Position numbers and translations under genes: made by a program. Below the pieces are notes generated by a model. It was given only the letters and a program-made list of their open reading frames with translations, was not told where the DNA came from and ran no database searches. DNA of 63,411 bases, the filler included, from Octopus bimaculoides (taxonomy: Eukaryota), in the NCBI RefSeq assembly GCF_001194135.2. It is 8 parts of 8 records of this genome, joined end to end, with 100 filler letters (N's around TTAATTAATTAA, not from the genome) between each part and the next. Parts side by side here need not be neighbours in the genome. Positions count along the whole stretch, not along the records: positions 22,505 to 45,887 come from NC_069002.1; positions 45,988 to 50,672 come from NW_026427721.1; positions 50,773 to 56,202 come from NW_026410639.1; 5 more parts are not named here. One strand, 5' to 3'. Of the stretch, positions 39,890 to 50,818 are shown in pieces. Position 1 is the first letter of the stretch, and the number at the start of each line of letters is the position of its first letter.

Positions 39890-40330
39890 TGGTGATGGTC
39901 ATATTTTGCCAGTTAAACACACGCAGTATATATTGGGTCTTCACATCAACTTTACTATCATAACTTTAGTTTCTTTATAAAGCTCTTTCGTCACACACTC
40001 TGTGACCTCTTCAGCGACACTCTGTCGCATGTATCCCCTCTTGTTTTGCTTATTCTTCCTCCAACTGTGATATCTTTGAACTCCTGCTAAATCACCGACT
40101 GGGAGATCCGAAATGTCTACGTCTGCTCGCGGCTACCCAAGTGGTCAACGAGGGCTAACGATTTCTGCATTCTATTTATTTACTTCCTTTTTTTTTTCTT
40201 GTTATATTTTTCTTGTTAACTTCCTCAACCCGTATATGCTTAAAACCTTCTATTGCTGCTTCATGTGAGTTTTGCTATGTTTTCTACCCGTGTACATGCT
40301 CCTCTCTAACCTGCAAGCCATACCCTATTA
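39890..40330 (-). mobile_element. Possible Penelope-like terminus with hammerhead-core-like motif
   Basis: Minus strand ctgaaga-g-gtcac-agagtgt-gtgac-gaaa (40014-39986); the extent is a guess. Confidence 0.4.
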
Positions 40331-41010
40331 TTTACAGGCACCACTCTAACCTATCGAGGTAGGTAATGTACCCTCTTGCGCGCTTCCGGAGCATCCATCT
40401 AATCACCTTTAAACCGGTTGTAGTTGTAGTTGTAGTAGTAGCAATAGGCAATAGTAATAGCAGTAGTCGTAGTAATTGTTGTCCTTGATGTTGTTTGTTG
40501 CATTTATTTTTTGTAAAACATTTGTAGCCATAGCAACTCCTGTCGTTCTTCCCCATGTGACCCTTTTTTTTTTAATGCCCCACAATTCCACTGCACTTAT
40601 TTACAAATGTTCTATCATTTCCATCATCACAAATCATTCATTGTTCGCCATTTTAAGAACGCACAGAAATTGTTACATTTTCTTATCGTTTATGAAACGT
40701 ACTGTCTACTATGAAGTATGAAATAGTCTCGTCTTTTTAATTTTCTGGCATAATGCTTTATATACGTAATAAATGTACAACGTATAAATATAACGATTTT
40801 GATGCTCTTAAATATATGAGATAACTATTCCTTAATCTTCTTATTTCATTTCCAGCACATGACCACATGATCTCAGATCAATAAACTCAGACATTTTTAT
40901 AGGTTTTTCTTTTGTGGGTGGAAGGAAGTATTGTTGAATTTGTTTTTGTTTTTGTTTTTGTATAATAACTTATGGGAATTCCTTTAAATGTATAATTCAT
41001 TTTTTAGATT

Positions 41011-41260
41011 CTGCTAGTCATTAGACTGCGGCCATGCTGGGACACAGCCTTGAAGAATTTTAGTCGAAATAATCGACCCAGTACTTTTTTTTAGTCTAGT
41101 TATTACTCTATCTTTTTCCTTTGCCGAACTGTTAAGTTACGGGGACCTAAACACATCGTCACCGCTTGTTAGAGAGTGGCAGAACGAACAGACAAAACAG
41201 CATATGCATACATATATGCCTATACACACACACACAAACACACACATATACATATACATA

Positions 41261-41294
<34 letters not shown>

Positions 41295-41930
41295 NNNNNN
41301 NNNNNNNNNNNNNNNNNNNNNNNNNNNNNNNNNNNNNNNNNNNNNNNNNNNNNNNNNNNNNNNNNNNNNNNNNNNNNNNNNNNNNNNNNNNNNNNNNNNN
41401 NNNNNNNNNNNNNNNNNNNNNNNNNNNNNNNNNNNNNNNNNNNNNNNNNNNNNNNNNNNNNNNNNNNNNNNNNNNNNNNNNNNNNNNNNNNNNNNNNNNN
41501 NNNNNNNNNNNNNNNNNNNNNNNNNNNNNNNNNNNNNNNNNNNNNNNNNNNNNNNNNNNNNNNNNNNNNNNNNNNNNNNNNNNNNNNNNNNNNNNNNNNN
41601 NNNNNNNNNNNNNNNNNNNNNNNNNNNNNNNNNNNNNNNNNNNNNNNNNNNNNNNNNNNNNNNNNNNNNNNNNNNNNNNNNNNNNNNNNNNNNNNNNNNN
41701 NNNNNNNNNNNNNNNNNNNNNNNNNNNNNNNNNNNNNNNNNNNNNNNNNNNNNNNNNNNNNNTATATATATATATATGACAGGCTTCTTTCAGTTTCCGT
41801 CAATCAAATATACTCAGAAAGCTTTGGTCAGACTGAGGCTTTAGTAGAAAAAAACTTGCCCAAGGTACCTTGCTGTGAGAACGAATCCGGAATCGTGTGA
41901 TGGAAAATAAACTCCTTAAAACACAGCCAA
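41011..41930 (-). mobile_element. Family AB SINE whose internal microsatellite spans an assembly gap
   Basis: Tail module about 41011-41200; CA/TA tract and N gap; head module about 41775-41930 (caggcttctttcagtttccgtc...gcccaaggtacc...acacagcc). Confidence 0.75.
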
Positions 41931-42543
41931 ACACGAAATGTGAAGTGAGCAAATAATTCTATTGCTTCAGTTTACTATTGTTTCATTGAAAATCGTTTTC
42001 ATAAATATTGCTATATTATGCAATAAAATATGGAACGATTCATTCATGAGTTTTGAACTCAACTCATCAGAATTATGTATAAAATTTGCTATAGATATTT
42101 GAATTATTAATAATTTGCACTCATATTCAGTTGAGCGTGTTTGCATAATTATATTTGCGTACAACAAATGACATTCACACGTAATTCTGATAAACTGAGT
42201 TGGAGAATTCTGTGAATAGTTGCATGTGTTATTATAAAACATGGAAATATTTATGAGATCGAATGTCAATGAAACAATTGTCAATTCCAGGGTTAACATC
42301 CGAATGAACTTTTATGCACACCCGCATATATTATCAACTTTAAAAAAGCTCTTTATTTATTGATTTATGGCGAACATAAATTTCATGTTAATAATTACCT
42401 TATAAAACTGCATCATTACACCAAATATGAAATCAATTGAGACAATACTTGAAGAAATTGAAAAGTGGAGGCCAAGCAGAAAAGATTCACAATATGTAAA
42501 TATATATACGTGCGTTTATGTATGTATTCTTTTGTATTCTCCT

Positions 42544-42716
42544 GTTTGTTTCAGTCACTTGACTGCGGCCATGCTGGAGCACCGCCTTTAGTCGAACACA
42601 TCGACCCCAGGACTTATTCTTTGTAAGCCTAATATTTATTCTATCGGGTACGTAAACACACCAGCAACGGTTGTCAGGCGATGATGGGGGACAAACAGAC
42701 ACACATACACAAACAT

Positions 42717-42752
<36 letters not shown>

Positions 42753-42918
42753 GTATATACGACGGGGTTCTCTCAGTTTCCGTCTACCAAATCCACTCAC
42801 AAGGCTTTGGTCGGCCCGAAGCTATAATAAAAGACACTTGCCCAAGGTGCCACTCAATGGGACTGAACTCGGAACCATGTGGTTGGTAAGCAAGCATCTT
42901 ACCACACAGCCACTCCTA
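42544..42918 (-). mobile_element. Full-length family AB SINE (tRNA head, CORE-like segment, internal microsatellite, tail module)
   Basis: Head ggagtggctgtgtggtaag (A box) and gagttcagtccc (B box); gcaccttgggcaagtg resembles the MIR/CORE motif; internal CA/TA tract about 42697-42758. Confidence 0.9.
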
Positions 42919-43144
42919 TATATATTCATATGTATATACATATATCCATATATTATGTATGTATATATGTATGTATGTGTGCATATATATATGAATGTAT
43001 GTATGTATGTATGTATAAACAATATCAGACCACACATGCATAACGCACACTCGCATACACGTCCATACATACGTTGACACACACGCTCACACACCCGCGC
43101 ACACACACGCATGCTCACACACATACACACACACACACACATAC

Positions 43145-43193
<49 letters not shown>

Positions 43194-43545
43194 AAATTAT
43201 AATTGATGGTATCTAAAAGATACCACCATGCTAGAGATAGCAGTCAAAGCTTGAGTCTAAAACCACATCAAGTATTCATATAGCACCAGGAGGATAGACA
43301 AAGAGACAAATAAACTAGCACAAAAATTATTGAATAATTCCAAATCTAGATTTCTAGCCCTACATAAGAATATGCTTTGCTTCGTCAGTGGAATATACAA
43401 AGATAGTATATAAATACAAATATATATATATAAATATACACAACATACGAATACTTACATATATGCACGTATACACACATATATATATACGTATGCATCC
43501 GACCGGTGTAATTGCCCAAACACACAATTTATATATATATAAATA

Positions 43546-44737
43546 TTGGGTTGGCAACTAAGTTCCCGCCGTTTTTTTTTTAATTTAAATTTTTTTAAAG
43601 GTTTAATAAAAAATAACAACTAATTAATCAATAATGTATTCACCCTTGTTGTTTACAACCTCTTCCCAACGTTCAACAAGATTTTCAATACCTCGTTGGT
43701 AGAAATCACCCGATTTCGACACGAAAAATTGATCCAACCAAGCTCTCAATTCTGTGTTTGAATGACTTCCTTGGTCATATCGGCGATATGAGGGCGAGCG
43801 TTGTCGTGCAGCAGAAGAATTCCATGCTGTCGATTAGGTCTTTTCTCTTGAACAGTCGCGTTGAGTCGTTCCATGTGTTGAACATAGAGTTCCGCCTTGA
43901 CCGTTTGGTTTTGTTGAAGCAATTTGTAATGGATAATTTCTTCCCAGTCCCACTATACGCACAACATCGTTTTACGCGGATGAAGATCTTGTTTCACGCG
44001 CGATGTCGCTTGTTTACCGGGGCAACGGTAAACATTTCTTATGCTACTTCATATTGATGTACAGGCACCAATGTCGCCAGTAACGATTCGGTAAAGAAAT
44101 CGTTGCTTGTGTCCATGAGTTGAGCGGTGACGAGGAAGCAAACCAGCAGAGATTGTGGATTGTTGATTTTTGTTGTTGTCACTTGTAGCATGCGGAACCC
44201 ATGCTCCATACTTCAGAACCTTTCCCATCGAGTGAAGATACTTCTCTATAGCAGTGTGGGAGCATTCCATTTTCTCTGCCAGTTCTCTTGTCGTTTGACG
44301 AGAATTCTCGTGCAAAAGTTGGTTTAATCGCTCTTCATCGAACTCAAATAGACGGCCAGAACGAGGTGCGTCTTTGAGATAAAAATTTCCATTTTTGAAC
44401 CTAGCATACCAATCAAGAGCGGTTCTTTCAGTTAAGGCACCCTCACAATACACAGCACAAATGTCGCGAGCAGCTTTTGCGGCCTTAGAACCTTGATTAA
44501 AAGCAAAAAGAAGGAAGTATCGAAAATGCTCGTTTTTCTTAACTTGACATTCCATTTTAATGATCTGAAAATAAACAAAAATTATCGAAAATTAACTAAA
44601 AAAGAGAAACAAAACAAAATAGATTCCAAAATGATTCCAAAATAGAATTCTCGAAAAAAATAGATTCCAAACTTTAAAAACGCACTAAATTCCAAAATTA
44701 GAAAACAAAAACGGCCGGAACTTAGTTGCCAACCCAA
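43546..44737 (-). mobile_element. Mariner transposon (mellifera-subfamily-like), both ITRs present
   Basis: ITRs ttgggttggcaactaagttcc(c)gccg at 43546 and inverted at 44737; TA on both sides (43544-45, 44738-39); 1192 bp. Confidence 0.95.
43624..44555 (-). pseudogene. Defective mariner transposase
   Basis: MECQVKKNEHFR...WVPHA...IVTGD, then a frameshift; LLHDNARPH present; internal deletion near 43755 removes the YSPDL / third-Asp region; ends GEYIID*. Confidence 0.92.
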
Positions 44738-45887
44738 TAGATATGGATGTATACATATACATATACATAAACCCAAAATATGTATGCAGCATATTTATAT
44801 AGTATAGTTCAAGTAAGAACATCGCAACATGCATTTAAGTTTTCTTATGCTGTTGTTTGGCTGCCAAGTGTTATCCTACAATAGGATATATTCCAGGGTG
44901 GGAAACATATGTGGTACTCCTCTTTGCATAAGACTGATCTATGAATAATATAACTCAAGGATGTAGGATATCAGACTTTAATTGTAGATCACAACAATTG
45001 CTTCTGCACACTAGCTTTAAGTTGCTGAATTTATAATCATATACCATTTTAGAAGACCATTCTTTATAATTACTAAATATGTGAACACTTATCAGCAACA
45101 GCCATGTGCAGGAGCTTCATCCAGTGGAATACGATTAATTCCAGTTGGATTTTTCTGAATTCTCTGTACATTATTTTCCAGCAATCGAATAACCAGATTC
45201 CAGGGGGACACAAGCATAAACAGAAAAGTAATATTTAAATAGCACCCCCAACAATGACAGAGACATGGCAGGCATCAGTGTTCTCACAGCATTAAGAAAA
45301 CAGGAAACAATAATGCCAAAAATAGTCTTATTTGAATGACGGCTATAGTTAAATATATATATATATGAATAAGGAAAAACCTGAAGATGACTTTTACCAA
45401 ACAGTGGATGAAGTGTGTCAATCAATTGGTTGAAGCAAAAGAAAGAAAATGAAGTAAACATAATGAAAAAAATATCAAAGGATAGTTAAGACACCATTTT
45501 ATCTTTTTACTACCCTGGCCGGCATCTTAGAATAATCTTTTATATCCATCATTTACCATGCTATCCGGCTGTTTAGTTTTCAGTGCTCTCCATGACCTCT
45601 ACCGGTCGTTATTTCCTAAGTTACACCACCCCCCTTCTTTCACATAATCTATATGTATTATTAAATTTACTATTAATTTCTTTTGTCTTTTTTTTTGTTT
45701 AATACATTTATCTCATGTGTATTGAATTGTGAGTTTGTAAGATTAAGAGAAGAGATAATTTGATTGGTGGAAAACATTGTGCATTGTATATGCAAGTATA
45801 CCAAGAGAATTCAAAAAAATCCAACAGGACCTATTAGTCTTACAGCTTATACATACAAGCAAACATGCATACATATATGCATATATA

Positions 45888-45987
45888 NNNNNNNNNNNNN
45901 NNNNNNNNNNNNNNNNNNNNNNNNNNNNNNNTTAATTAATTAANNNNNNNNNNNNNNNNNNNNNNNNNNNNNNNNNNNNNNNNNNNN
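45888..45987. other. Artificial scaffold-joining spacer
   Basis: 44 N + TTAATTAATTAA (45932-45943) + 44 N. Confidence 0.95.
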
Positions 45988-46029
<42 letters not shown>

Positions 46030-46037
46030 ATGATGAT
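45988..46037. repeat. (GAT)n microsatellite
   Basis: Direct reading, at the start of a scaffold. Confidence 0.9.
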
Positions 46038-46081
46038 ATATCTATACACGCAAATTAGTGAAGCATTCCATATTTTTTAAT

Positions 46082-46246
46082 AGGCACAGGAGTGGCTGTG
46101 TGGTAAGTAGCTTGCTTACCAACCACATGGTTCCGGGTTCAGTCTCGCTGCATGGCACCTTGAGCAAGTGTCTTCTACTATAGCCTCGGTCCGACCAAAA
46201 CCTTGTAAGTGGATTTGGTAGACGGAAACTGAAAGAAGCCCGTCGT
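46082..46246 (+). mobile_element. Family AB SINE head module, followed by (TA)n and a gap
   Basis: ggagtggctgtgtggtaagtagcttgcttaccaaccacatggttccgggttcagtc...gaaagaagcccgtcgtata. Confidence 0.92.
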
Positions 46247-46247
46247 A

Positions 46248-46290
<43 letters not shown>

Positions 46291-47172
46291 NNNNNNNNNN
46301 NNNNNNNNNNNNNNNNNNNNNNNNNNNNNNNNNNNNNNNNNNNNNNNNNNNNNNNNNNNNNNNNNNNNNNNNNNNNNNNNNNNNNNNNNNNNNNNNNNNN
46401 NNNNNNNNNNNNNNNNNNNNNNNNNNNNNNNNNNNNNNNNNNNNNNNNNNNNNNNNNNNNNNNNNNNNNNNNNNNNNNNNNNNNNNNNNNNNNNNNNNNN
46501 NNNNNNNNNNNNNNNNNNNNNNNNNNNNNNNNNNNNNNNNNNNNNNNNNNNNNNNNNNNNNNNNNNNNNNNNNNNNNNNNNNNNNNNNNNNNNNNNNNNN
46601 NNNNNNNNNNNNNNNNNNNNNNNNNNNNNNNNNNNNNNNNNNNNNNNNNNNNNNNNNNNNNNNNNNNNNNNNNNNNNNNNNNNNNNNNNNNNNNNNNNNN
46701 NNNNNNNNNNNNNNNNNNNNNNNNNNNNNNNNNNNNNNNNNNNNNNNNNNNNNNNNNNNNNNNNNNNNNNNNNNNNNNNNNNNNNNNNNNNNNNNNNNNN
46801 NNNNNNNNNNNNNNNNNNNNNNNNNNNNNNNNNNNNNNNNNNNNNNNNNNNNNNNNNNNNNNNNNNNNNNNNNNNNNNNNNNNNNNNNNNNNNNNNNNNN
46901 NNNNNNNNNNNNNNNNNNNNNNNNNNNNNNNNNNNNNNNNNNNNNNNNNNNNNNNNNNNNNNNNNNNNNNNNNNNNNNNNNNNNNNNNNNNNNNNNNNNN
47001 NNNNNNNNNNNNNNNNNNNNNNNNNNNNNNNNNNNNNNNNNNNNNNNNNNNNNNNNNNNNNNNNNNNNNNNNNNNNNNNNNNNNNNNNNNNNNNNNNNNN
47101 NNNNNNNNNNNNNNNNNNNNNNNNNNNNNNNNNNNNNNNNNNNNNNNNNNNNNNNNNNNNNNNNNNNNNNNN

Positions 47173-47215
<43 letters not shown>

Positions 47216-47223
47216 TATACATA

Positions 47224-48264
47224 GGGGCCTCTTGCTCAGAGTAAAAGGTACATTGTATGATGCATGTGTGTGAACTGCCATGCTACACAGCAGTGAAACA
47301 TGGGCCATGACTGATGAAGACATACGTAAGCTTGAAAGATATGAAGCTAGTATGATCCACTGGATGTGTAATGTCAGTGTGCACACATGACAGTGTGTAA
47401 GCACCCCGAGAGAAATGTTGGACATAAGAAGCATCAGATGTGGTGTGCAAGAGAGATTACTGCACTGGTGTGGTCATGTGCTGTGTATGGATGAGGAGAG
47501 CTGTGTGAAGAAATGTCACTCCCTAACAGTGGAAGGAACCCGTGGAAGTGGGAGACCTAGGAAGACATTGGATGAGGTGGTAAAGCATGACCTTTGAACA
47601 TTGGGCCTCGCAGAGGCAATGATGAAAGACCGAGACCTCTGGAGATATGCTGCGATTGAGAAGACCTGGCAAGTAAAGTCAGATCACAGCTGTAGCCTAC
47701 ACCAGTGTCGCATAACCATCCTATTTAAAACGTACCTTTGAATCATTGGGTGACATGCCGTGCTTGAGGAGACCTATTAAGTCAAGTAAAATGAAAATGA
47801 AAATCAAATCAAATCACAATTAAATGGAAATTGTAATCGTGGTCGATACCAGTGCTGCCTGACTAGCTCCTGTGCTGGTGGCACACAATTAGCACGATTC
47901 ATGTGTGGACCATTGCCAGTACTGCCTGACTGGCTCCCCATGCCAGTGGCACATAAAAAGTACCATCCGAACATGGTCGATGCCAGCCCCCTTGCCCCGA
48001 TTGGCCCCTGTGCTGGTAGCACATAAAAAGCACCATCTGAACGTGGCCGATACCAGTGCCACCTGACTAGCTCCCATGCCAGTGACACGTAAAAAGCACC
48101 CACTACACTCTCGGAGTGGTTGGCGTTAGGAAGGGCATCCAGCTGTAGAAATATTGCCAGATCAGATTGGAGCCTGGTATGGCCTCCTGGCTTGCCAGTC
48201 CCCAGTCAAACCGTCCAACCCATGCCACCATGGAAAAAGGACGTTAATTCGTCTGTATATGATG
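47224..48264 (+). mobile_element. 5'-truncated RTE-clade LINE: ORF C-terminus plus long 3' UTR
   Basis: LRVKGTLYDACV*TAMLHSSETW; LHWCGHVLCMDEESCVKKC; GSGRPRKTLDEVVKHDL (RTE-type Y..ETW / LRW.GHV.RM / GRP.KTW motifs); ends catggaaaaaggacgttaa...gatg at a gap. Confidence 0.88.
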
Positions 48265-48929
48265 NNNNNNNNNNNNNNNNNNNNNNNNNNNNNNNNNNNN
48301 NNNNNNNNNNNNNNNNNNNNNNNNNNNNNNNNNNNNNNNNNNNNNNNNNNNNNNNNNNNNNNNNNNNNNNNNNNNNNNNNNNNNNNNNNNNNNNNNNNNN
48401 NNNNNNNNNNNNNNNNNNNNNNNNNNNNNNNNNNNNNNNNNNNNNNNNNNNNNNNNNNNNNNNNNNNNNNNNNNNNNNNNNNNNNNNNNNNNNNNNNNNN
48501 NNNNNNNNNNNNNNNNNNNNNNNNNNNNNNNNNNNNNNNNNNNNNNNNNNNNNNNNNNNNNNNNNNNNNNNNNNNNNNNNNNNNNNNNNNNNNNNNNNNN
48601 NNNNNNNNNNNNNNNNNNNNNNNNNNNNNNNNNNNNNNNNNNNNNNNNNNNNNNNNNNNNNNNNNNNNNNNNNNNNNNNNNNNNNNNNNNNNNNNNNNNN
48701 NNNNNNNNNNNNNNNNNNNNNNNNNNNNNNNNNNNNNNNNNNNNNNNNNNNNNNNNNNNNNNNNNNNNNNNNNNNNNNNNNNNNNNNNNNNNNNNNNNNN
48801 NNNNNNNNNNNNNNNNNNNNNNNNNNNNNNNNNNNNNNNNNNNNNNNNNNNNNNNNNNNNNNNNNNNNNNNNNNNNNNNNNNNNNNNNNNNNNNNNNNNN
48901 NNNNNNNNNNNNNNNNNNNNNNNNNNNNA

Positions 48930-50672
48930 AATATATAGTATTAGGGAAAAGAACCAAGGTTTATGAACTCATTGATGAAAATCCACTGTCACATATAGAA
49001 AAAATTTATAATTAAAAGTACAATAAATAAGTATAATATAATACAAAATAAATATCATAAGATCAAGATAATAAAATGACTACACGTGTTTCATAACCAA
49101 TTTTCAAATAGAAAGAAATTTAAATCGATTAAAACTATCGAAAATCAATTCTATTCAAAAATATAGCTAATCTTCAGGTCAAAATACAACAATAATAATA
49201 AATGAATGTATATATCAGCCAACAATAAATAACAAATGAATGTGTATAAAATACTTATTATATAAAGATAAAAAAATATTATTAAAATATCAAAATAATA
49301 ACCATTACATAATCAATCCTACATCCATTATAAAATAATCTAATAATTATATATAAAATAATCTAATAATTATATATAAAATGATCTAATAATTATATAT
49401 AAAAATCAACTAAACAAATTTTTTTGTTTAAAATACAATTTGAATGAAGTTTAAGGTTAAAATAATAAAGATATTATTAGCACATATTTAAATGATGCAA
49501 TAGTTTAAGCTAAGCTATTTATGATTAAAAACATTTATTTATAAGACGTTTAGTGAAAATATTCTGTATAGTATAGGAAATTAACATAAAAAGACTAGGT
49601 ATTTATCGCATAAAACAGTATTAATCGAAAATATTTCAACCTTAATCAAATTGAAGTCTTATATTAGGCTAAAATGGTACTCTAATTTCAAAATAATTTA
49701 GTGTTAAATGAAGTATCGATTAAAATTATCATTAAAAATCAATTGAATAATAAAAAAAAATACAAAGAATATTTATTTATTCCAAATAATAATATAACAT
49801 CGTAAACAAAGTAAAAAATATACAAATCAAAATGTTATTATATTTCAAGCTGAAACTTAGATGTAAAAGTCAAAACTCGAGGTTAATTAGAAATAAAAAT
49901 ATGAATGAAAAAATTATTATGAATGAAAGATTAAGTCATATAGCTTAAGTCATAGTAAAAAAACTATTAACAATACTATAAACAAAGAAAAAGGCTAGTT
50001 ATTTATATCATAATATAGAATGAAATATTAAACAATATTAATCGAAAATATTATAAATCTAATCAAATCGAAGTCATATTTAGGTTAAAATGATACTCTC
50101 ACTTCTAAATAATTTAGTGTTAAAAAAGGTATCGATTAAAAATAATCTTTAAAAATCAATTGAATAATATAAAAATACAAGAATATATATTATTTTCAAA
50201 CTATAGTATAAAGTTATTTAACAAATTAAATGTTATACTTATTCAAATGCCGTCGTAATTCAAATTGAAACTTAGACGTTACTAAGATGTATAGTGTTTA
50301 TTATTAGAAAGAGGTCGCGCGAAAATACTACATGAAAATAGAGAATATAATAAGAAAACATGAATGAAAGAATAATTCTTAAAATAATGAATGAAAGATT
50401 TAAACTTTATATAACTTACAAAATAAAAAAAAAAACAGCTATCTTATAAAACATATTAATGAATTTTAAATTCTAATAAATAATAAATTTTAAATAATAA
50501 GACTAAGAAACATAAATAATAAGTATGGAATAATCTAAAATACTATTATTAAATTAATTTTGTAAAAATCGTAATGTCATTACAATATAAATACTTAAAC
50601 TCCCTAAAATATTAATCTACCTATAAATATAAATTATAACTGCTACAATTAGTAAAGAAGGAATAGTATAAA
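48930..50672. other. Very AT-rich island with a diverged ~400-bp tandem duplication and a 22-bp triplication
   Basis: About 49587-49985 aligns by eye with about 49986-50440; aaaataatctaataattatatat x3 at about 49331-49403; bounded by a gap and a spacer. Confidence 0.8.
49077..49181 (-). ncRNA. Type I hammerhead-ribozyme-like motif
   Basis: Minus strand: UGAC (stem I) - CUGAAGA - long stem II - GAAA - CA-cg-UG-U-A (palindromic stem III, GUA site) - GUCA (stem I); 10.1-11.1 is U/U instead of G-C. Confidence 0.55.
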
Positions 50673-50772
50673 NNNNNNNNNNNNNNNNNNNNNNNNNNNN
50701 NNNNNNNNNNNNNNNNTTAATTAATTAANNNNNNNNNNNNNNNNNNNNNNNNNNNNNNNNNNNNNNNNNNNN
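50673..50772. other. Artificial scaffold-joining spacer
   Basis: 44 N + TTAATTAATTAA (50717-50728) + 44 N. Confidence 0.95.
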
Positions 50773-50813
<41 letters not shown>

Positions 50814-50818
50814 AAATG

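Noticed and set aside
765-48966. Long ORFs in the supplied track (e.g. 765-1649, 9371-10528, 46178-47434)
   Set aside because: They are runs of X across N gaps flanked by YI/HT/CV dipeptides from microsatellites and carry no coding signal.
48930-50672. Nuclear mitochondrial insertion
   Set aside because: In the parts I translated, TAA/TAG stops are frequent and I recognised no mitochondrial protein, rRNA or tRNA motif. Not excluded without BLAST.
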